A DNA stretch of 64,000 nt, from NCBI GenBank assembly GCA_963798485.1, contig CAWCTR010000001.1, positions 1 through 64,000 on the forward strand, read 5' to 3'. Made by a program: the position numbers and the translations under genes. Positions 20,229-31,266 of this stretch are shown here, piece after piece (the stretch's first letter is position 1; each line of letters begins with the position of its first letter). The stretch comes from an uncultured delta proteobacterium (GTDB lineage: Bacteria; Desulfobacterota; Desulfomonilia; UBA1062). The notes under the pieces were generated by a model. The model saw only the letters and a list, made by a program, of their open reading frames with translations. It searched no databases and was not told the origin of the DNA.

Positions 20229-21467
20229 CTAGTATGCCCAATACGGACCCGGACCGGCGGTAGTATCCTTTCCCTCGATAGCAGTGTACACAGAGCGCCC
20301 ATAAAAGAACGGCAGTCCCCAGTCAAAGCTGTCCCCCCCAGGGTCATTCGGCCCGGCCAGGGTGCCGAATGCATCATAGTCGCTGGTTGGTCCGCTGAAC
20401 ATCGTGGACGCATTCCCCACACTGAAGGTGATCGTGCCACTCGTTCCGTTTGCCCCTCGGTTGGTTGCGGAAAGATTCAGTGTTGCAGATGGACAGTAAT
20501 AGCCCGAGACATAGCCTTGAGTGCATTGCAGTATTGTATTGTCCGTGAAGAAATAACCGTTTGAACCGCTATCGATAAAGCTGTAAGGCATTACCCTGTT
20601 TCCATAGGTCGTGGTGATGGAATCATTCTTGTTGAGCGTATAAACGGCTGCGCTGCCGAGCCCATTGTTCGACTGCGTACCAATGCCGAAGATTAATGAT
20701 CCGCTTACCGTTGCCTCAGCCGAGGGGACAGCCGGCAATGTGATGATTACGCCATTGTTGTCCTTGGGGAACAAGGCAACAGGGTTCTGGACTTGCTGAG
20801 AAAGGGGTACAGAGACGGGCGTGCAGCCGCCGGAGGAGCATTCATAGTATTCAATCGACTGCAACTCCCCTCCGGGGCTCTGGGCGCATGCGTCGCCGCA
20901 ATCCTGCTGATATTGCCCTACCCCCAATATGCCATTGGCACCCAAGCTCTGCAGATCATCTGCTTCGGTGCCACCGCCACTCGATATTTCATCTGGAATA
21001 GTGTAACTGTGCTGGAGCACATGAATCGGCACTGAGCTCGCTGTTTCACCGGCCATCTTCACATCGGCAATCTGTACGGGTCCCCAGACATAGGACCCAT
21101 CCACGAATTGGACATATTCGGCAAGAGGATTACCATCAATGGTCTGTTCCGGAAGAGAAAGCGTAAAAGCGGAAGACAGCAGCCTCAATCCTGATGAGCC
21201 GGTGTCCACCAATACACCATCGATCGTCTTGCAAGTAGAAGTGCCGGGGACACAGATTGTAACGCTGGTAAATGCGGCATTGGGATAGGTATTACTCGAG
21301 GAAGGATCGCCGGCCGGTCCGCCGTTTACCACGATCGTCTGTGCGTTTCCAGCGGAGTTCACCGTCGTAGGAGAGGTTCCGCCGCCTGAACCGCCGCATT
21401 GCGTGAATAATAAACACATGCCGAATACGGCCTGGATCAACAAGCCCCGGATGATGGCCTTCCTCAT
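20229..21467 (-). CDS. DUF3443-like secreted protein with pepsin-type Asp motifs
   Basis: SVTICVPGTSTC, VLVDTGSSGLR, ANGILGVG, FIDSGSNGYF, FDWGLPFFYGR; ATGA overlap with upstream gene. Confidence 0.8.
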   Translation of the reverse strand: MRKAIIRGLLIQAVFGMCLLFTQCGGSGGGTSPTTVNSAGNAQTIVVNGGPAGDPSSSNTYPNAAFTSVTICVPGTSTCKTIDGVLVDTGSSGLRLLSSAFTLSLPEQTIDGNPLAEYVQFVDGSYVWGPVQIADVKMAGETASSVPIHVLQHSYTIPDEISSGGGTEADDLQSLGANGILGVGQYQQDCGDACAQSPGGELQSIEYYECSSGGCTPVSVPLSQQVQNPVALFPKDNNGVIITLPAVPSAEATVSGSLIFGIGTQSNNGLGSAAVYTLNKNDSITTTYGNRVMPYSFIDSGSNGYFFTDNTILQCTQGYVSGYYCPSATLNLSATNRGANGTSGTITFSVGNASTMFSGPTSDYDAFGTLAGPNDPGGDSFDWGLPFFYGRSVYTAIEGKDTTAGPGPYWAY

Positions 21468-21949
21468 TTTATCTCCTCGATATTCACCCCCTGCGGCACC
21501 TGATCGGGGATATAAGCCCTGCCGAAATACGCCCGCATATGTCCGCCGGAGTGCACGACCAATCCCGGCTCCTGGATCACGAGCGGCCCGCGGACCCGGG
21601 GACGGTTCTTGTTGCGGGCTTGCGATGCCTGTGAAAACCGCCCGGAATACCGGCCGAGGAGCTTGCGAAGATCCGGAATAAACGGGCCCTGCCAAGCCAC
21701 GGCAAAAATCTTGCCTATAGAAGAAACATATTCTCTCACCACAGTGCCGTTCGATGCTTTAATTTCGTGAACGGTGTACAGCTCGGAGCGCGTGGTTCTC
21801 CGTACACCCCTCATGCGGGCATTATCGGCCTTTACCGATCCTACATCATCTCCCAGCGATGCTGATACGGCGATTGGAAAAGCTAGCGCAAAGATTGTTG
21901 TTAAAACCAACAGCATCCTCATATTCAAACAACGAAGTATGGATTGCAT
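21464..21949 (-). CDS. DUF2844-like secreted protein
   Basis: Signal peptide, GTVVREYVS, FAVAWQGPFIPDL, SGGHMRAYFGRAYIP. Confidence 0.8.
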   Translation of the reverse strand: MQSILRCLNMRMLLVLTTIFALAFPIAVSASLGDDVGSVKADNARMRGVRRTTRSELYTVHEIKASNGTVVREYVSSIGKIFAVAWQGPFIPDLRKLLGRYSGRFSQASQARNKNRPRVRGPLVIQEPGLVVHSGGHMRAYFGRAYIPDQVPQGVNIEEIK

Positions 21950-22053
21950 ATCTGTGCCCCTCTCTCAGACCTGGCTATCTACTCTATCATAACGGCACTT
22001 GTCGATGAGATCATTATGCTGATATTCTCAACCTTAAAGGTTGAATTTAACCT

Positions 22054-22082
22054 TTGACAAGAACACGAGAACCATTTACCCT
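22054..22082 (+). promoter_or_regulatory. sigma70-type promoter
   Basis: TTGACA-17 bp-TACCCT upstream of GGAGG RBS and the crotonase gene. Confidence 0.5.
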
Positions 22083-22107
22083 TTGGGTCCAGAGGAGGAT
22101 ACACGCC

Positions 22108-22932
22108 ATGACAACCAGCTATAAGTTCTATAAAGTCGAGAAGAAAGATACCATCGCATGGGTCTTCCTGAACAGGCCTGAAAAGAAAAACGCCATGGGC
22201 CCGGACGCATGGAAGGAGATCATACCCATCTTTGCCGACATCGATTCAGATGATGACATCCGTGTGGCCATCATCGCAGGCGAGGGCAAAGATTTCAGCA
22301 CCGGCATCGACATCATGGGTATGGCCCCGATGATACCTACCATGAAAAACTGGGACATGAGCGCCAAGGGAAAGGTGAAACTCTTTCATGACATCTTCCC
22401 GCTGCAGGAGGCCATGACCTGTGTGGAAAAATGCTCGAAACCCGTCATCTGCTGCTTCCATGGGTACTGTATCGGTGCGGCCCTTGATCTGGGAAGCGCC
22501 TGCGATATCCGCCTTGCTGCCGTTGATGCCAAGATCTCGCTGCGCGAGGCCGCGGTGTCGTTTATCGCCGATGTGGGGGTACTCCAGCGCCTGCCGCACA
22601 TCGTGGGTCAGGGAATCACCCGTGAGATGGCCTTTACGGCTAAGTTCATCGACTCAAAGCGTGCGAGGGAGGTGAACCTGGTCAATGAGGTATATCCTGA
22701 CAAAGAAGCGCTTTTAAAGGGGGCTGAATCCCTGGCCCTTGAGATCGCACGGCAGGCCCCGCTTGCCGTTCAGGGGGCCAAAGAGGTCCTGAATTTCTGC
22801 CGCGGCAAGGGCATTGCGGACGGGCTCGAGTACGTTGCAGCGCGCAGCGCAATGATACTCCCCTCAGAGGATATGGCAGAGACTATGACCGCATTCATGG
22901 AAAAAAGGGCCCCGGTATACAAGGGGAAATAA
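22108..22932 (+). CDS. enoyl-CoA hydratase/isomerase (crotonase) family protein
   Basis: LNRPEKKNAM, FSTGID, KPVI..HGYCIGA, ADVGVLQRLP. Confidence 0.9.
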   Translation: MTTSYKFYKVEKKDTIAWVFLNRPEKKNAMGPDAWKEIIPIFADIDSDDDIRVAIIAGEGKDFSTGIDIMGMAPMIPTMKNWDMSAKGKVKLFHDIFPLQEAMTCVEKCSKPVICCFHGYCIGAALDLGSACDIRLAAVDAKISLREAAVSFIADVGVLQRLPHIVGQGITREMAFTAKFIDSKRAREVNLVNEVYPDKEALLKGAESLALEIARQAPLAVQGAKEVLNFCRGKGIADGLEYVAARSAMILPSEDMAETMTAFMEKRAPVYKGK

Positions 22933-23027
22933 CCAGGTAAATTATTATTCCCGTAGCACTCTTACCTATAGTCATTTGAGGACAAAGCCTAAAGTTTCTC
23001 ATCTCGGATATCCGATGAGAACTTTAG

Positions 23028-24071
23028 ATGGAAAAGAGAGAAAGTAAAAGAAAAAGAACCCACACATGGGAACAGCTCCATGCCAAAACAAGGATAGGAG
23101 ATCAATCCTTTCTGTTCCCGGTGGTTGATATCTCTATCGGCGGTATCGGGGTGCTCGTGGCGGACGGGTTTTCGCTGCTTCATGTAGGCACCCGCATTGT
23201 GATTGAGGCCCTTGAGAAAAAGGGCACGGTCATCGCCACGAAGATACCCGGCCGTGTCGCATACCTGGGCATGGGTGTGCCTTCGCGCGTGGGCATTGAT
23301 TTCTCACCGGCCGATACCCCTATAGAGGCCTTTGCGCAACTGAACGAAGCCGTCCCGGATACGGGAAGGATCATCACCGACAAGGACAAGATCCTACAGA
23401 TCTTCGAGAACATCAAGACCTTCTCCCGGGGGTTCGGCGATATGCTCATGATCCATCGCCACAAGGCAATCCCTGCTGAATTCTTCTATCTAAGGCCCGA
23501 GCAGGAAAACATGGTGTTGCGCATTGTAAGGATTTCAGAACTCAAGCTCCCTTATGAGCCCCAGGTGGACATGGTCTACCCATTCTATATCTTCAAGGGC
23601 GTCGATGTCATGTTGTTCACCGCCAAGGTCCAGGATATCATCAAGAACATCATGGAGACAACCTGGCCCGACACCTTGCGGTACATCAGCAGGCGCAGTG
23701 TGCTCAGATACTTCGTTACCGGTCAGGAACCGATCACCGCCACGATCGTCCATCCCTTAAACGCTGAGAAGATCAATGTCATCATCTGGGATATCAGCAT
23801 AGAAGGAATGGGGGTGGAGATATTGAACGACAAGACCCCACTCATTGAGGGCATGAGCCTCTCCACCATCTGGATCGATCTTCCCAAAGGGCCGGTGAAG
23901 ACCATCGGCGTGGTGCGCTCCGTCAGGTCAGAGGGTCTCCTTGACAAGACACAGGTCGGCATCGAATTCCTGGGTGGTGCACAACATTACCAGGATAATA
24001 TCCTTAAGTTCATCCTGGAAGCGGATCTGCCTTCAGAGGTCATCCTGAAGCAGGCGAATCATACGCGGTAA
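23028..24071 (+). CDS. double PilZ-domain (YcgR-like) protein
   Basis: EKRESKR..DISIGG and SRRSVLR..DISIEG. Confidence 0.75.
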   Translation: MEKRESKRKRTHTWEQLHAKTRIGDQSFLFPVVDISIGGIGVLVADGFSLLHVGTRIVIEALEKKGTVIATKIPGRVAYLGMGVPSRVGIDFSPADTPIEAFAQLNEAVPDTGRIITDKDKILQIFENIKTFSRGFGDMLMIHRHKAIPAEFFYLRPEQENMVLRIVRISELKLPYEPQVDMVYPFYIFKGVDVMLFTAKVQDIIKNIMETTWPDTLRYISRRSVLRYFVTGQEPITATIVHPLNAEKINVIIWDISIEGMGVEILNDKTPLIEGMSLSTIWIDLPKGPVKTIGVVRSVRSEGLLDKTQVGIEFLGGAQHYQDNILKFILEADLPSEVILKQANHTR

Positions 24072-25066
24072 TATTCCCGGTACCACTGAACAAAGCGCTT
24101 AATTCCCGTCTCCACAGGGATCTGTGGCCTGAAATGTATGGCCGCATCAAGATCCAAGGCATCTGCGATAGTGTCCTTCACGTCCCCCTTCTGGAGAGGG
24201 AGCATATTCTTCTTTGCCTTTTTGCCCAACTCATTCTCCAGTATGCCTATGAAGTGCATAAGCTCGACAGGGTGTGAACCTCCGATATTATAGACCTTAT
24301 AAGGGGCAAAGCTGCTGCCCGGGTCCGGGTGCCTACCATCCCACCCCTCATTTGGTTTTGGGATCACGTTTATCATCCTCACAATACCTTCAATGATGTC
24401 GTCAATATACGTGAAGTCGCGTCTCATTTCCCCAAAATTATAGATATCGATCGGCGCATCTTCCAAGATGGCCTTGGTAAACTTGAACAGCGCCATGTCG
24501 GGCCTGCCCCAGGGGCCGTAGACCGTAAAGAACCTGAGTCCCGTACAGGCAAGACCATACAAGCCCGCATAGGTATGGGCCATAAGCTCGTTCGCCTTTT
24601 TTGTGGCTGCATATAATGATATGGGGTGATCCACGTTGTCGTGCACGGAAAAGGGCATCTTCGCGTTGGCCCCGTAGACCGATGAAGAAGAGGCATAGAT
24701 GAGGTGGGGAACAGCGGCATGCCTGCATCCCTCCAGGACGTGAAGGAACCCCGTCAGGTTGGAATCCACATAGACATGCGGGTTTTCAATACTGTAGCGC
24801 ACACCCGCCTGGGCCGCCAGGTGCATCACAACATCAAACTTTTCTTCCTGAAAGACCTTCTCCATGCCGGGGCGGTTCGTAATATCCAATTCCTCAAACC
24901 TGAAGCCTTGCTTGGGCGTGAGAAGGGCCAATCTGTTGCGCTTGAGGCTGGGGTCGTAATACGGATTCAGGTTGTCTATGCCGAATACGCTTGCCCCATC
25001 GTCAAGCAGTCGTCCGGCAAGGTGAAACCCGATAAAGCCTGCAACCCCGGTGACAAATACCTTCAT
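24059..25066 (-). CDS. NAD-dependent epimerase (UDP-glucuronate 4-epimerase type)
   Basis: TGVAGFIG, HLAAQAGVRYS, YAATKKANE, FTVYGPWGRPDMA. Confidence 0.9.
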   Translation of the reverse strand: MKVFVTGVAGFIGFHLAGRLLDDGASVFGIDNLNPYYDPSLKRNRLALLTPKQGFRFEELDITNRPGMEKVFQEEKFDVVMHLAAQAGVRYSIENPHVYVDSNLTGFLHVLEGCRHAAVPHLIYASSSSVYGANAKMPFSVHDNVDHPISLYAATKKANELMAHTYAGLYGLACTGLRFFTVYGPWGRPDMALFKFTKAILEDAPIDIYNFGEMRRDFTYIDDIIEGIVRMINVIPKPNEGWDGRHPDPGSSFAPYKVYNIGGSHPVELMHFIGILENELGKKAKKNMLPLQKGDVKDTIADALDLDAAIHFRPQIPVETGIKRFVQWYREYYRV

Positions 25067-25091
25067 TCCCTTTTCTCCTGTTGCTGCACCA

Positions 25092-25727
25092 TCAGATTTC
25101 ACCGGCGATGAACCGGGGCATCTCATAAATATCCGGTACGCTCAAACAAAACCCTTCAGGATCCGAGGCGCCTACAAGCACGGCAGCCATCCCCACATTC
25201 AGCGCTGTGCGGACATTGGCGATACTGTCATCTACTACGAGGTACTCCCCTGACCCCCCGCCGTACTGCTGGATGACCTTGTAATATGGCCAGGGCAAAG
25301 GCTTGGGCACAAAGTCCATATATTCGATGGTAAACAGGTCAAGGACCAAGTCATCGATCCCCAGAACATGCAAGATCCGGCAGGCATACTCATATGAGCC
25401 ATTGGTGAAGACCACCAGTTTGCACTTGAGCGTGAAAAGGACATCATGAAGTTTCCTATCCCGGTGAAGGAGCTCTTCCACCGGCACATCGTGGACATCC
25501 TTCAAATAGTGGCCGGGGTCGATGCCATAATCGCGCATAAGCCCCTGAAGCGTTGAACCGTATTCCCTGATATAGGCCTTCCTGAGGCTGCGGGCGGCCC
25601 CCTGGTCGATATTGCACAGCGTCATCACATACCTGTCTATCCTGTGGTTCACATGGGCAAAGGGCCCTGTGCCTTTGGGGTAGAGCGTGTCATCCACATC
25701 GAGCAGGATAGTTTTCAATGCCGACAT
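25092..25727 (-). CDS. HAD pyrimidine 5'-nucleotidase-like hydrolase
   Basis: LDVDDTLY, YGSTLQGL, FTNG, PKP, VDDS. Confidence 0.85.
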   Translation of the reverse strand: MSALKTILLDVDDTLYPKGTGPFAHVNHRIDRYVMTLCNIDQGAARSLRKAYIREYGSTLQGLMRDYGIDPGHYLKDVHDVPVEELLHRDRKLHDVLFTLKCKLVVFTNGSYEYACRILHVLGIDDLVLDLFTIEYMDFVPKPLPWPYYKVIQQYGGGSGEYLVVDDSIANVRTALNVGMAAVLVGASDPEGFCLSVPDIYEMPRFIAGEI

Positions 25728-25775
25728 ACCTTAATACCGCAGTCTGGAGATGTCTGAGAAAACGAGCGACTGCTG

Positions 25776-26801
25776 TTACTCCTCATCATATATATCCATC
25801 TGCTTGCCCTGGGGCTCCAGGTTGACGGCCTTGTATCCCTTGGTGCATACCTGCCGGCCCCTCGGGGTGCGCCTGACATAACCCTTCTGGATGAGAAAGG
25901 GCTCGTAGACATCTTCGATGGTGTCTTTGTCTTCGCCAAGCGAAGCAGCCAGTGATTCAATACCGACAGGCCCGCCTGAAAAGGAGTTCACCATGATTTC
26001 GATAATCTTCCTATCCATCCGGTCAAGACCTGTGTTGTCGATGTCAAGCCGGGTAAGTGCCGAATCTGCAATACCTCGCTCGATCCTGCCGTCACCCAGG
26101 ACATCCGCAAAGTCCCTTACCCTTCTTAAAAGTCTGTTTGCAATCCTGGGGGTTCCCCTTGACCTTCGTGCTATCTCATAAAGGCCTTCTTCATCGGCGC
26201 CGATGCCGAGGATGCGCGCCGAGCGCCTGATGATCGTGGCAAGCTCGTCGGTGGAATAGAATTCGAGATGGCCGATAATACCGAAACGGTCGCGCAAAGG
26301 CGAGGTGATCATCCCTGCGCGCGTGGTGGCGCCCACCAGGGTGAAGGGGTTAAGGTCGATACGGATGGAACGTGCAGATGGTCCCTGGCCGATAATGATA
26401 TCGAGCTTGAACTCTTCCATGGCCGGGTACAGGATCTCTTCAATGGCGCTGCCGAGCCTGTGGATCTCGTCGATGAAGAGCACATCCCTGGGCTCGAGGT
26501 TTGTCAGTATTGCAGCCAGGTCGCCCGATTTCTCAATGGCCGGCCCGCTCGTTACCCGTAATCCCACCTGCAGTTCATGGGCTATGATGTGAGCAAGTGT
26601 AGTCTTGCCCAGGCCCGGAGGACCGTAGAACAGGCAGTGATCAAGCGCCTCTCCCCTTCGGCTTGCCGCCTTGATAAAGATCTCCAGATTACCCTTGAGG
26701 GCATCCTGCCCTACATACTCCTTGAGGTTTTCGGGACGGATGCGGGCCTCGAGCTCACATTCCTGGCCGCCAAGGGCGGTCCCTGCAAGATCCTCTCTCA
26801 T
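25776..26801 (-). CDS. ruvB: Holliday junction branch-migration helicase RuvB
   Basis: [40 protein letters not shown]. Confidence 0.97.
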   Translation of the reverse strand: MREDLAGTALGGQECELEARIRPENLKEYVGQDALKGNLEIFIKAASRRGEALDHCLFYGPPGLGKTTLAHIIAHELQVGLRVTSGPAIEKSGDLAAILTNLEPRDVLFIDEIHRLGSAIEEILYPAMEEFKLDIIIGQGPSARSIRIDLNPFTLVGATTRAGMITSPLRDRFGIIGHLEFYSTDELATIIRRSARILGIGADEEGLYEIARRSRGTPRIANRLLRRVRDFADVLGDGRIERGIADSALTRLDIDNTGLDRMDRKIIEIMVNSFSGGPVGIESLAASLGEDKDTIEDVYEPFLIQKGYVRRTPRGRQVCTKGYKAVNLEPQGKQMDIYDEE

Positions 26802-27364
26802 AGCAGCTCCTTTAATGCCTTCCTCACGAGCTCCTCCACCGTATCGGCCTTGACCGACCCGACGGACTTCCTTGCCTGGTTCTCAGAATACCCCAGCGTG
26901 ACAAGCGCGGAAACCGCATCGTCGCCCATGTCCCGCGAAGCTCCCCGAGCAATGGTCTTATAATGCCTGGCAATGCGCTCCTTCAGCTCGAGGACGATGC
27001 GCTTGGCGCCCTTGTTGCCGATGCCCGGCAGACCCATGAGATAGGCAATGTTCTCGCTCACCACCTCCTCCAGAAACCGGTTGGGCTCGACAGACGAGAC
27101 GATGTTCATGGCCGTCTTGGGGCCGATCCCCGATACGCCGAGCAGGAGTGCAAAGATCTCGCGCTGCCGCTGGTCGAGAAACCCATACAGGTCCATGCAG
27201 TCCTGACGCACGATGAGCATGGTGAAGAGGGTCACCTCGTGGTTGTCCGCATGGGTTAGGTGTGTCCCGGCAGGCACGTTCACCAGGTAACCCACGCCCC
27301 CCACCATGATGACTGCCTGGTTGTCCGAGAACTGGGCCAAGCGCCCTTTCAGCATGCTGATCAT
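26798..27364 (-). CDS. ruvA: Holliday junction DNA-binding protein RuvA
   Basis: GGVGY, LYGF, VSGIGPK, PGIG.K.A.RI.LELK, ALVTLGY. Confidence 0.95.
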   Translation of the reverse strand: MISMLKGRLAQFSDNQAVIMVGGVGYLVNVPAGTHLTHADNHEVTLFTMLIVRQDCMDLYGFLDQRQREIFALLLGVSGIGPKTAMNIVSSVEPNRFLEEVVSENIAYLMGLPGIGNKGAKRIVLELKERIARHYKTIARGASRDMGDDAVSALVTLGYSENQARKSVGSVKADTVEELVRKALKELL

Positions 27365-27855
27365 TGCATAAGCCTCCTCATGCGCCGCGTAGAAGAATGG
27401 CACACGCCGACGGCCAGCGCATCGGAGGCATCGAGAGAGGTGACAAAGGTCTTTGGGAGGTGGAGAATAGTGCTTACCATGGCATGTATCTGGTCCTTGC
27501 CTGCATGGCCGTAGCCGCAGGTGGCCTTCTTGACCTCGGTGGGCGTGTATTCAAACACCGGTATATCAAGCATGGCAGCGGCCAAGAGGATGGCGCCTCT
27601 TGCCTGTCCGAGCTTGAGGGCTGTCTGGGAGTTCAAGGCATGAAAGGAACTCTCCACCGCCACCTCCTCAGGGTTAAACTGCCGGAATATGTCCGTTAAT
27701 CCGTCAAAGATCTCTTTAAGCCGTCCTGCCGTGTCATCGGAGAAGGGTTTTATTGTCCCATGCGCCACATGGACCAGGCTCGAGGTCGATGAATGCATGT
27801 CAAGGATGCCGTATCCCGTGGCCTTGTTTCCTGGATCTATTCCGCAGATTATCAT
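27361..27855 (-). CDS. ruvC: Holliday junction resolvase RuvC
   Basis: GIDPG, AVES, LGQARG, EYTPTEVKK, DASDALAV. Confidence 0.95.
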   Translation of the reverse strand: MIICGIDPGNKATGYGILDMHSSTSSLVHVAHGTIKPFSDDTAGRLKEIFDGLTDIFRQFNPEEVAVESSFHALNSQTALKLGQARGAILLAAAMLDIPVFEYTPTEVKKATCGYGHAGKDQIHAMVSTILHLPKTFVTSLDASDALAVGVCHSSTRRMRRLMQ

Positions 27856-28604
27856 TATCCCTGGAGCTGGGCCATCTCCTCATCGTCGATATCGAAGTTC
27901 GAGGATACCGCCTGGACGTCCTCAAGGTCCTCCAGGGCATCCAGCAGCTTCAAGGCCTGTTGGGCCGACTTTCCGGTAAGCCTAACATTGGTCTGGGGGA
28001 TCATCTGAACCTCCAGCGAGTTGTACTTGATGCCCTTGGCCTCTAGGGCTGTGCGTAATCCTTCAAGGTCTTCAGGGACCGTGAGGATTTCGAAGCTCTC
28101 CCCTGTATCCGATACATCATCGGCCCCTGCGCTTAAGGCCACGTCGTAGAGGGTCTCCTCATCAACGGAGAGCTTGTCGATTGATGCATAGCCTTTCTTA
28201 TCGAACATCCAGTTCACGCAGCCCGTCTCGCCGAGGTTGCCGTTATACTTTGAGAAAAGGTGCCGGATATCCGCCACTGCACGGTTCTTGTTGTCCGTAA
28301 GCACCTTTACAAGCACTGCCACACCGCCCGGGCCATATCCCTCATAGGTGATTTCCTCGAAGGATACCCCGTCGAGCCCGCCTGAGCCTTTTTTGATGGC
28401 ACGATCGATGTTGTCCTTGGGCATGTTGGAGGCCTTGGCTGAGCTTACCGCAGCCCGCAGCCTTGCATTGCCCTCTATATCACCGCCTCCCATGCGTGCT
28501 GCTACAGTGATCTCTTTGATGATCTTGGAGAAAAGCTTTCCCCGTTTGGCGTCTGCAGCGCCCTTCTTGTGCTTAATCGTGGACCATTTATTGTGACCGG
28601 ACAT
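27855..28604 (-). CDS. yebC: YebC/PmpR family protein
   Basis: [29 protein letters not shown]; canonical position upstream of ruvC. Confidence 0.95.
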   Translation of the reverse strand: MSGHNKWSTIKHKKGAADAKRGKLFSKIIKEITVAARMGGGDIEGNARLRAAVSSAKASNMPKDNIDRAIKKGSGGLDGVSFEEITYEGYGPGGVAVLVKVLTDNKNRAVADIRHLFSKYNGNLGETGCVNWMFDKKGYASIDKLSVDEETLYDVALSAGADDVSDTGESFEILTVPEDLEGLRTALEAKGIKYNSLEVQMIPQTNVRLTGKSAQQALKLLDALEDLEDVQAVSSNFDIDDEEMAQLQG

Positions 28605-28786
28605 ACACGATCCTCCCCCTTCTCGCTTGAAACCTACTACGTTCACTCGTATTTATCACAGTGAATCCATAATGACAAGCAGGCCTAAGCGCCCTATGAA
28701 ATGATTTCGTTGCAGCGTGACAAAACCCATTGTATACAAGGAACGAACATTACAATCCGCATCTATTTTGACAATGGGGGCCAACC

Positions 28787-29272
28787 ATGAAATTCTGTCC
28801 ACAGTGCGGCCAGGGACTTATGAAAAAGCAGATCGAGGGGAAAGAGAGGCTTGCGTGCCCATCATCTTCATGCACCTATGTGTTCTGGGACAACCCCACC
28901 CCTGTAGTGGCAGCCATTGTGGAACTGGGTGGCAGTGTTATCCTGGCGCGGAACAGGCTTTGGCCCGAAAAGATGTTCGGCCTGGTGACAGGATTCCTTG
29001 AACAGGGAGAGACGCCGGAGGCGGCAGTGCTGCGTGAGGTGAAGGAAGAACTCGGCCTCACAGGGACTGTTGCCGATTTCATCGGTTTGTACAGCTTCTT
29101 CGAAAAGAACCAACTCATAATCGCCTTTCATGTGGGCGCACACGGCACGGTGACCCTGGGAGAAGAGCTTGCAGAGGTGAGATATGTGAGCCCGGAACGT
29201 CTCAAGCCATGGCCGTTCGGCACCGGTTATGCGGTGAAAGACTGGCTTGAGCGGAGAAATTCGCAGATCTAA
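28787..29272 (+). CDS. NUDIX hydrolase with N-terminal Zn ribbon
   Basis: FCPQCG; Nudix box GFLEQGETPEAAVLREVKEELG. Confidence 0.9.
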   Translation: MKFCPQCGQGLMKKQIEGKERLACPSSSCTYVFWDNPTPVVAAIVELGGSVILARNRLWPEKMFGLVTGFLEQGETPEAAVLREVKEELGLTGTVADFIGLYSFFEKNQLIIAFHVGAHGTVTLGEELAEVRYVSPERLKPWPFGTGYAVKDWLERRNSQI

Positions 29273-29323
29273 AAAAAAGCTCATACTTTACGGATATTAA
29301 ATCAAACAACCAAGGAGTTGGAT

Positions 29324-29917
29324 ATGGGAAGGAGAATGTTTATTATTATGATGATCTTGTTTAGTCTGCTCAGTACAACAGTTCAAGCCGCCAAGAACCC
29401 GAAGGTGGTCCTTGAGACAAGCATGGGGGACATCACCCTTGAGCTTTACCCTGACAAGGCCCCGGCAACGGTCAAGAACTTCCTTACCTATGTGGATGAG
29501 AAGTTCTATGACAACACCATCTTCCACAGGGTCATCAGCGGCTTCATGATCCAGGGCGGAGGCATGACTGTTGACATGAATGAAAAATCCACCCACAGCC
29601 CGATTAAAAATGAGGCCGACAACGGCTTGAAGAATGACCGCGGCACCATAGCCATGGCCCGCACCTCTGACCCGAATTCCGCCGGCGCCCAGTTCTTTAT
29701 CAATGCCAAAGACAACACATTCCTGAACTTTAAAAGCAAGACCCTTGATGGATACGGATACTGTGTCTTCGGTAAGGTGACAAAAGGCCTGGATGTAGTT
29801 GAGGCCATTGAAAAAACCCCCACGACGACCAAAGGGCTCTCTCAGGATGTTCCGGCCAAGCAAGTACTCATTAAAAAGGCATACCGCTTCAAAGAGAAAA
29901 AAGATACTGCCCAATAA
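29324..29917 (+). CDS. ppiA: periplasmic cyclophilin-type peptidyl-prolyl isomerase
   Basis: Signal peptide, [37 protein letters not shown]. Confidence 0.9.
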   Translation: MGRRMFIIMMILFSLLSTTVQAAKNPKVVLETSMGDITLELYPDKAPATVKNFLTYVDEKFYDNTIFHRVISGFMIQGGGMTVDMNEKSTHSPIKNEADNGLKNDRGTIAMARTSDPNSAGAQFFINAKDNTFLNFKSKTLDGYGYCVFGKVTKGLDVVEAIEKTPTTTKGLSQDVPAKQVLIKKAYRFKEKKDTAQ

Positions 29918-29942
29918 CATCAAGTTCTTTCTGTAGACGATC

Positions 29943-29991
29943 AGAGGCTCTGCCCCTTATATTCGGCAAAAGGGTCAGGGCCTCTTTTTTT
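29943..29991 (+). terminator. rho-independent terminator
   Basis: AGAGGCTCTG..CCCTT / AAGGG..CAGGGCCTCT followed by a T run. Confidence 0.65.
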
Positions 29992-29994
29992 AAG

Positions 29995-31098
29995 CTACAG
30001 TATCGTCCTCTTCCCGTTGTACCGCTCGACATCATAATACTTATCGACATCCACTATCCTGAGCCTGTCGATAACCTCTTTCATGGGCACCGAGGTGATC
30101 TCGCCGTGGAGGTAGCTCACCATCCTCCCATAATCTTCGTTCATTATCATGTCCACGGCCGCGATGCCGAACCATCTGGCCATGAGCCTGTCCCGGGCAG
30201 AAGGCGATCCACCCCTCTGGAGGTGGCTCAACGTGACATAGCGGGCCTCGAAACCCGTTCTCTTCTGGACCTCATCAGCAATATAAGCCGAAATACCTCC
30301 CAATGACCTGTGGCCGAACTCGTCAAGCTTGTCGTCCTTGTAGAACTCTTTGTCACCGCCCAGCTTGGCGCCTTCAGATACGACAATGATGCTGTACTGA
30401 ATTTCACGGCCCCTGCGTCCCTGGAGAAGCTCGCAGACCCGCTCTATGCTGAAGGGGTACTCGGGGATCAGGATGATATAAGCCCCGCTGCATTCACCGC
30501 CATGAAGCGCCAGCCAACCTGCATGCCTGCCCATGGTCTCCACCACGAAGATCCTGTTGTGAGAGCCTGCGGTTGTACGAAGGCGGTCAATCTCCTCCAT
30601 GATGATGTTAACGGCCGAGTCGAAACCCAAAGAGTACTCGGTACCTATGAGGTCACCATCGATGGTCTTTGGAATGCCGATGGTCTTCATGCCTTGCTTG
30701 TAGAGCTTGTAGGCCACACCGAGCGTGTCCTCTCCGCCTATGGCGACGATCACATCGATCCCGAGCTTATTGATATTTTCTATGACCTTCTCGGAACGGT
30801 CCTTTTTCGGGTTGAAGGGATTGGTGCGCGACGTGCCGAGGTTTGTCCCTCCGTAGCGGTCCCAGGTCCTGACAACCTCCTCATTGAGCTTAATGATATG
30901 CTGGGCCATGCTTTCGGGATTATCCGGATCCACCTCCACAAGGCCTTTCCACCCATCCTTGATACCGAGCACATCAAACCTGATGGACCTCTTCTCTTCA
31001 AGAAGGGGATCGAGCGCTGTCTTGGTTACCCATTTGATCGCACCATTCAACCCGGGACAATCTCCTCCACCTGTCAGGACAGCTATTCTCATTTTCAC
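29995..31098 (-). CDS. 6-phosphofructokinase, probably PPi-dependent
   Basis: TGGGDCPGLN, GGEDT, PKTIDGD, VETMGRHAGW, HLQRGG. Confidence 0.9.
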   Translation of the reverse strand: MKMRIAVLTGGGDCPGLNGAIKWVTKTALDPLLEEKRSIRFDVLGIKDGWKGLVEVDPDNPESMAQHIIKLNEEVVRTWDRYGGTNLGTSRTNPFNPKKDRSEKVIENINKLGIDVIVAIGGEDTLGVAYKLYKQGMKTIGIPKTIDGDLIGTEYSLGFDSAVNIIMEEIDRLRTTAGSHNRIFVVETMGRHAGWLALHGGECSGAYIILIPEYPFSIERVCELLQGRRGREIQYSIIVVSEGAKLGGDKEFYKDDKLDEFGHRSLGGISAYIADEVQKRTGFEARYVTLSHLQRGGSPSARDRLMARWFGIAAVDMIMNEDYGRMVSYLHGEITSVPMKEVIDRLRIVDVDKYYDVERYNGKRTIL

Positions 31099-31266
31099 CC
31101 TACCCTCCTGTTTTCAGATCCAAAGCTGTTCTCTTCACGAACGGCCTTTTCACCATTATAATCCTGAAATACACCTCGGCAAGATACGTATAAAAATTGA
31201 GTATCTTTGGTGTTTGTTTGCATGAAGGCCCATACTTCGGGTAGAATATGATAAAAGGAGGGATGT

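Noticed and set aside
21468-21695. N-terminal extension of the 488-aa DUF3443 ORF
   Set aside because: Overlaps DUF2844; the real start is the ATGA-coupled MRKAII at 21467
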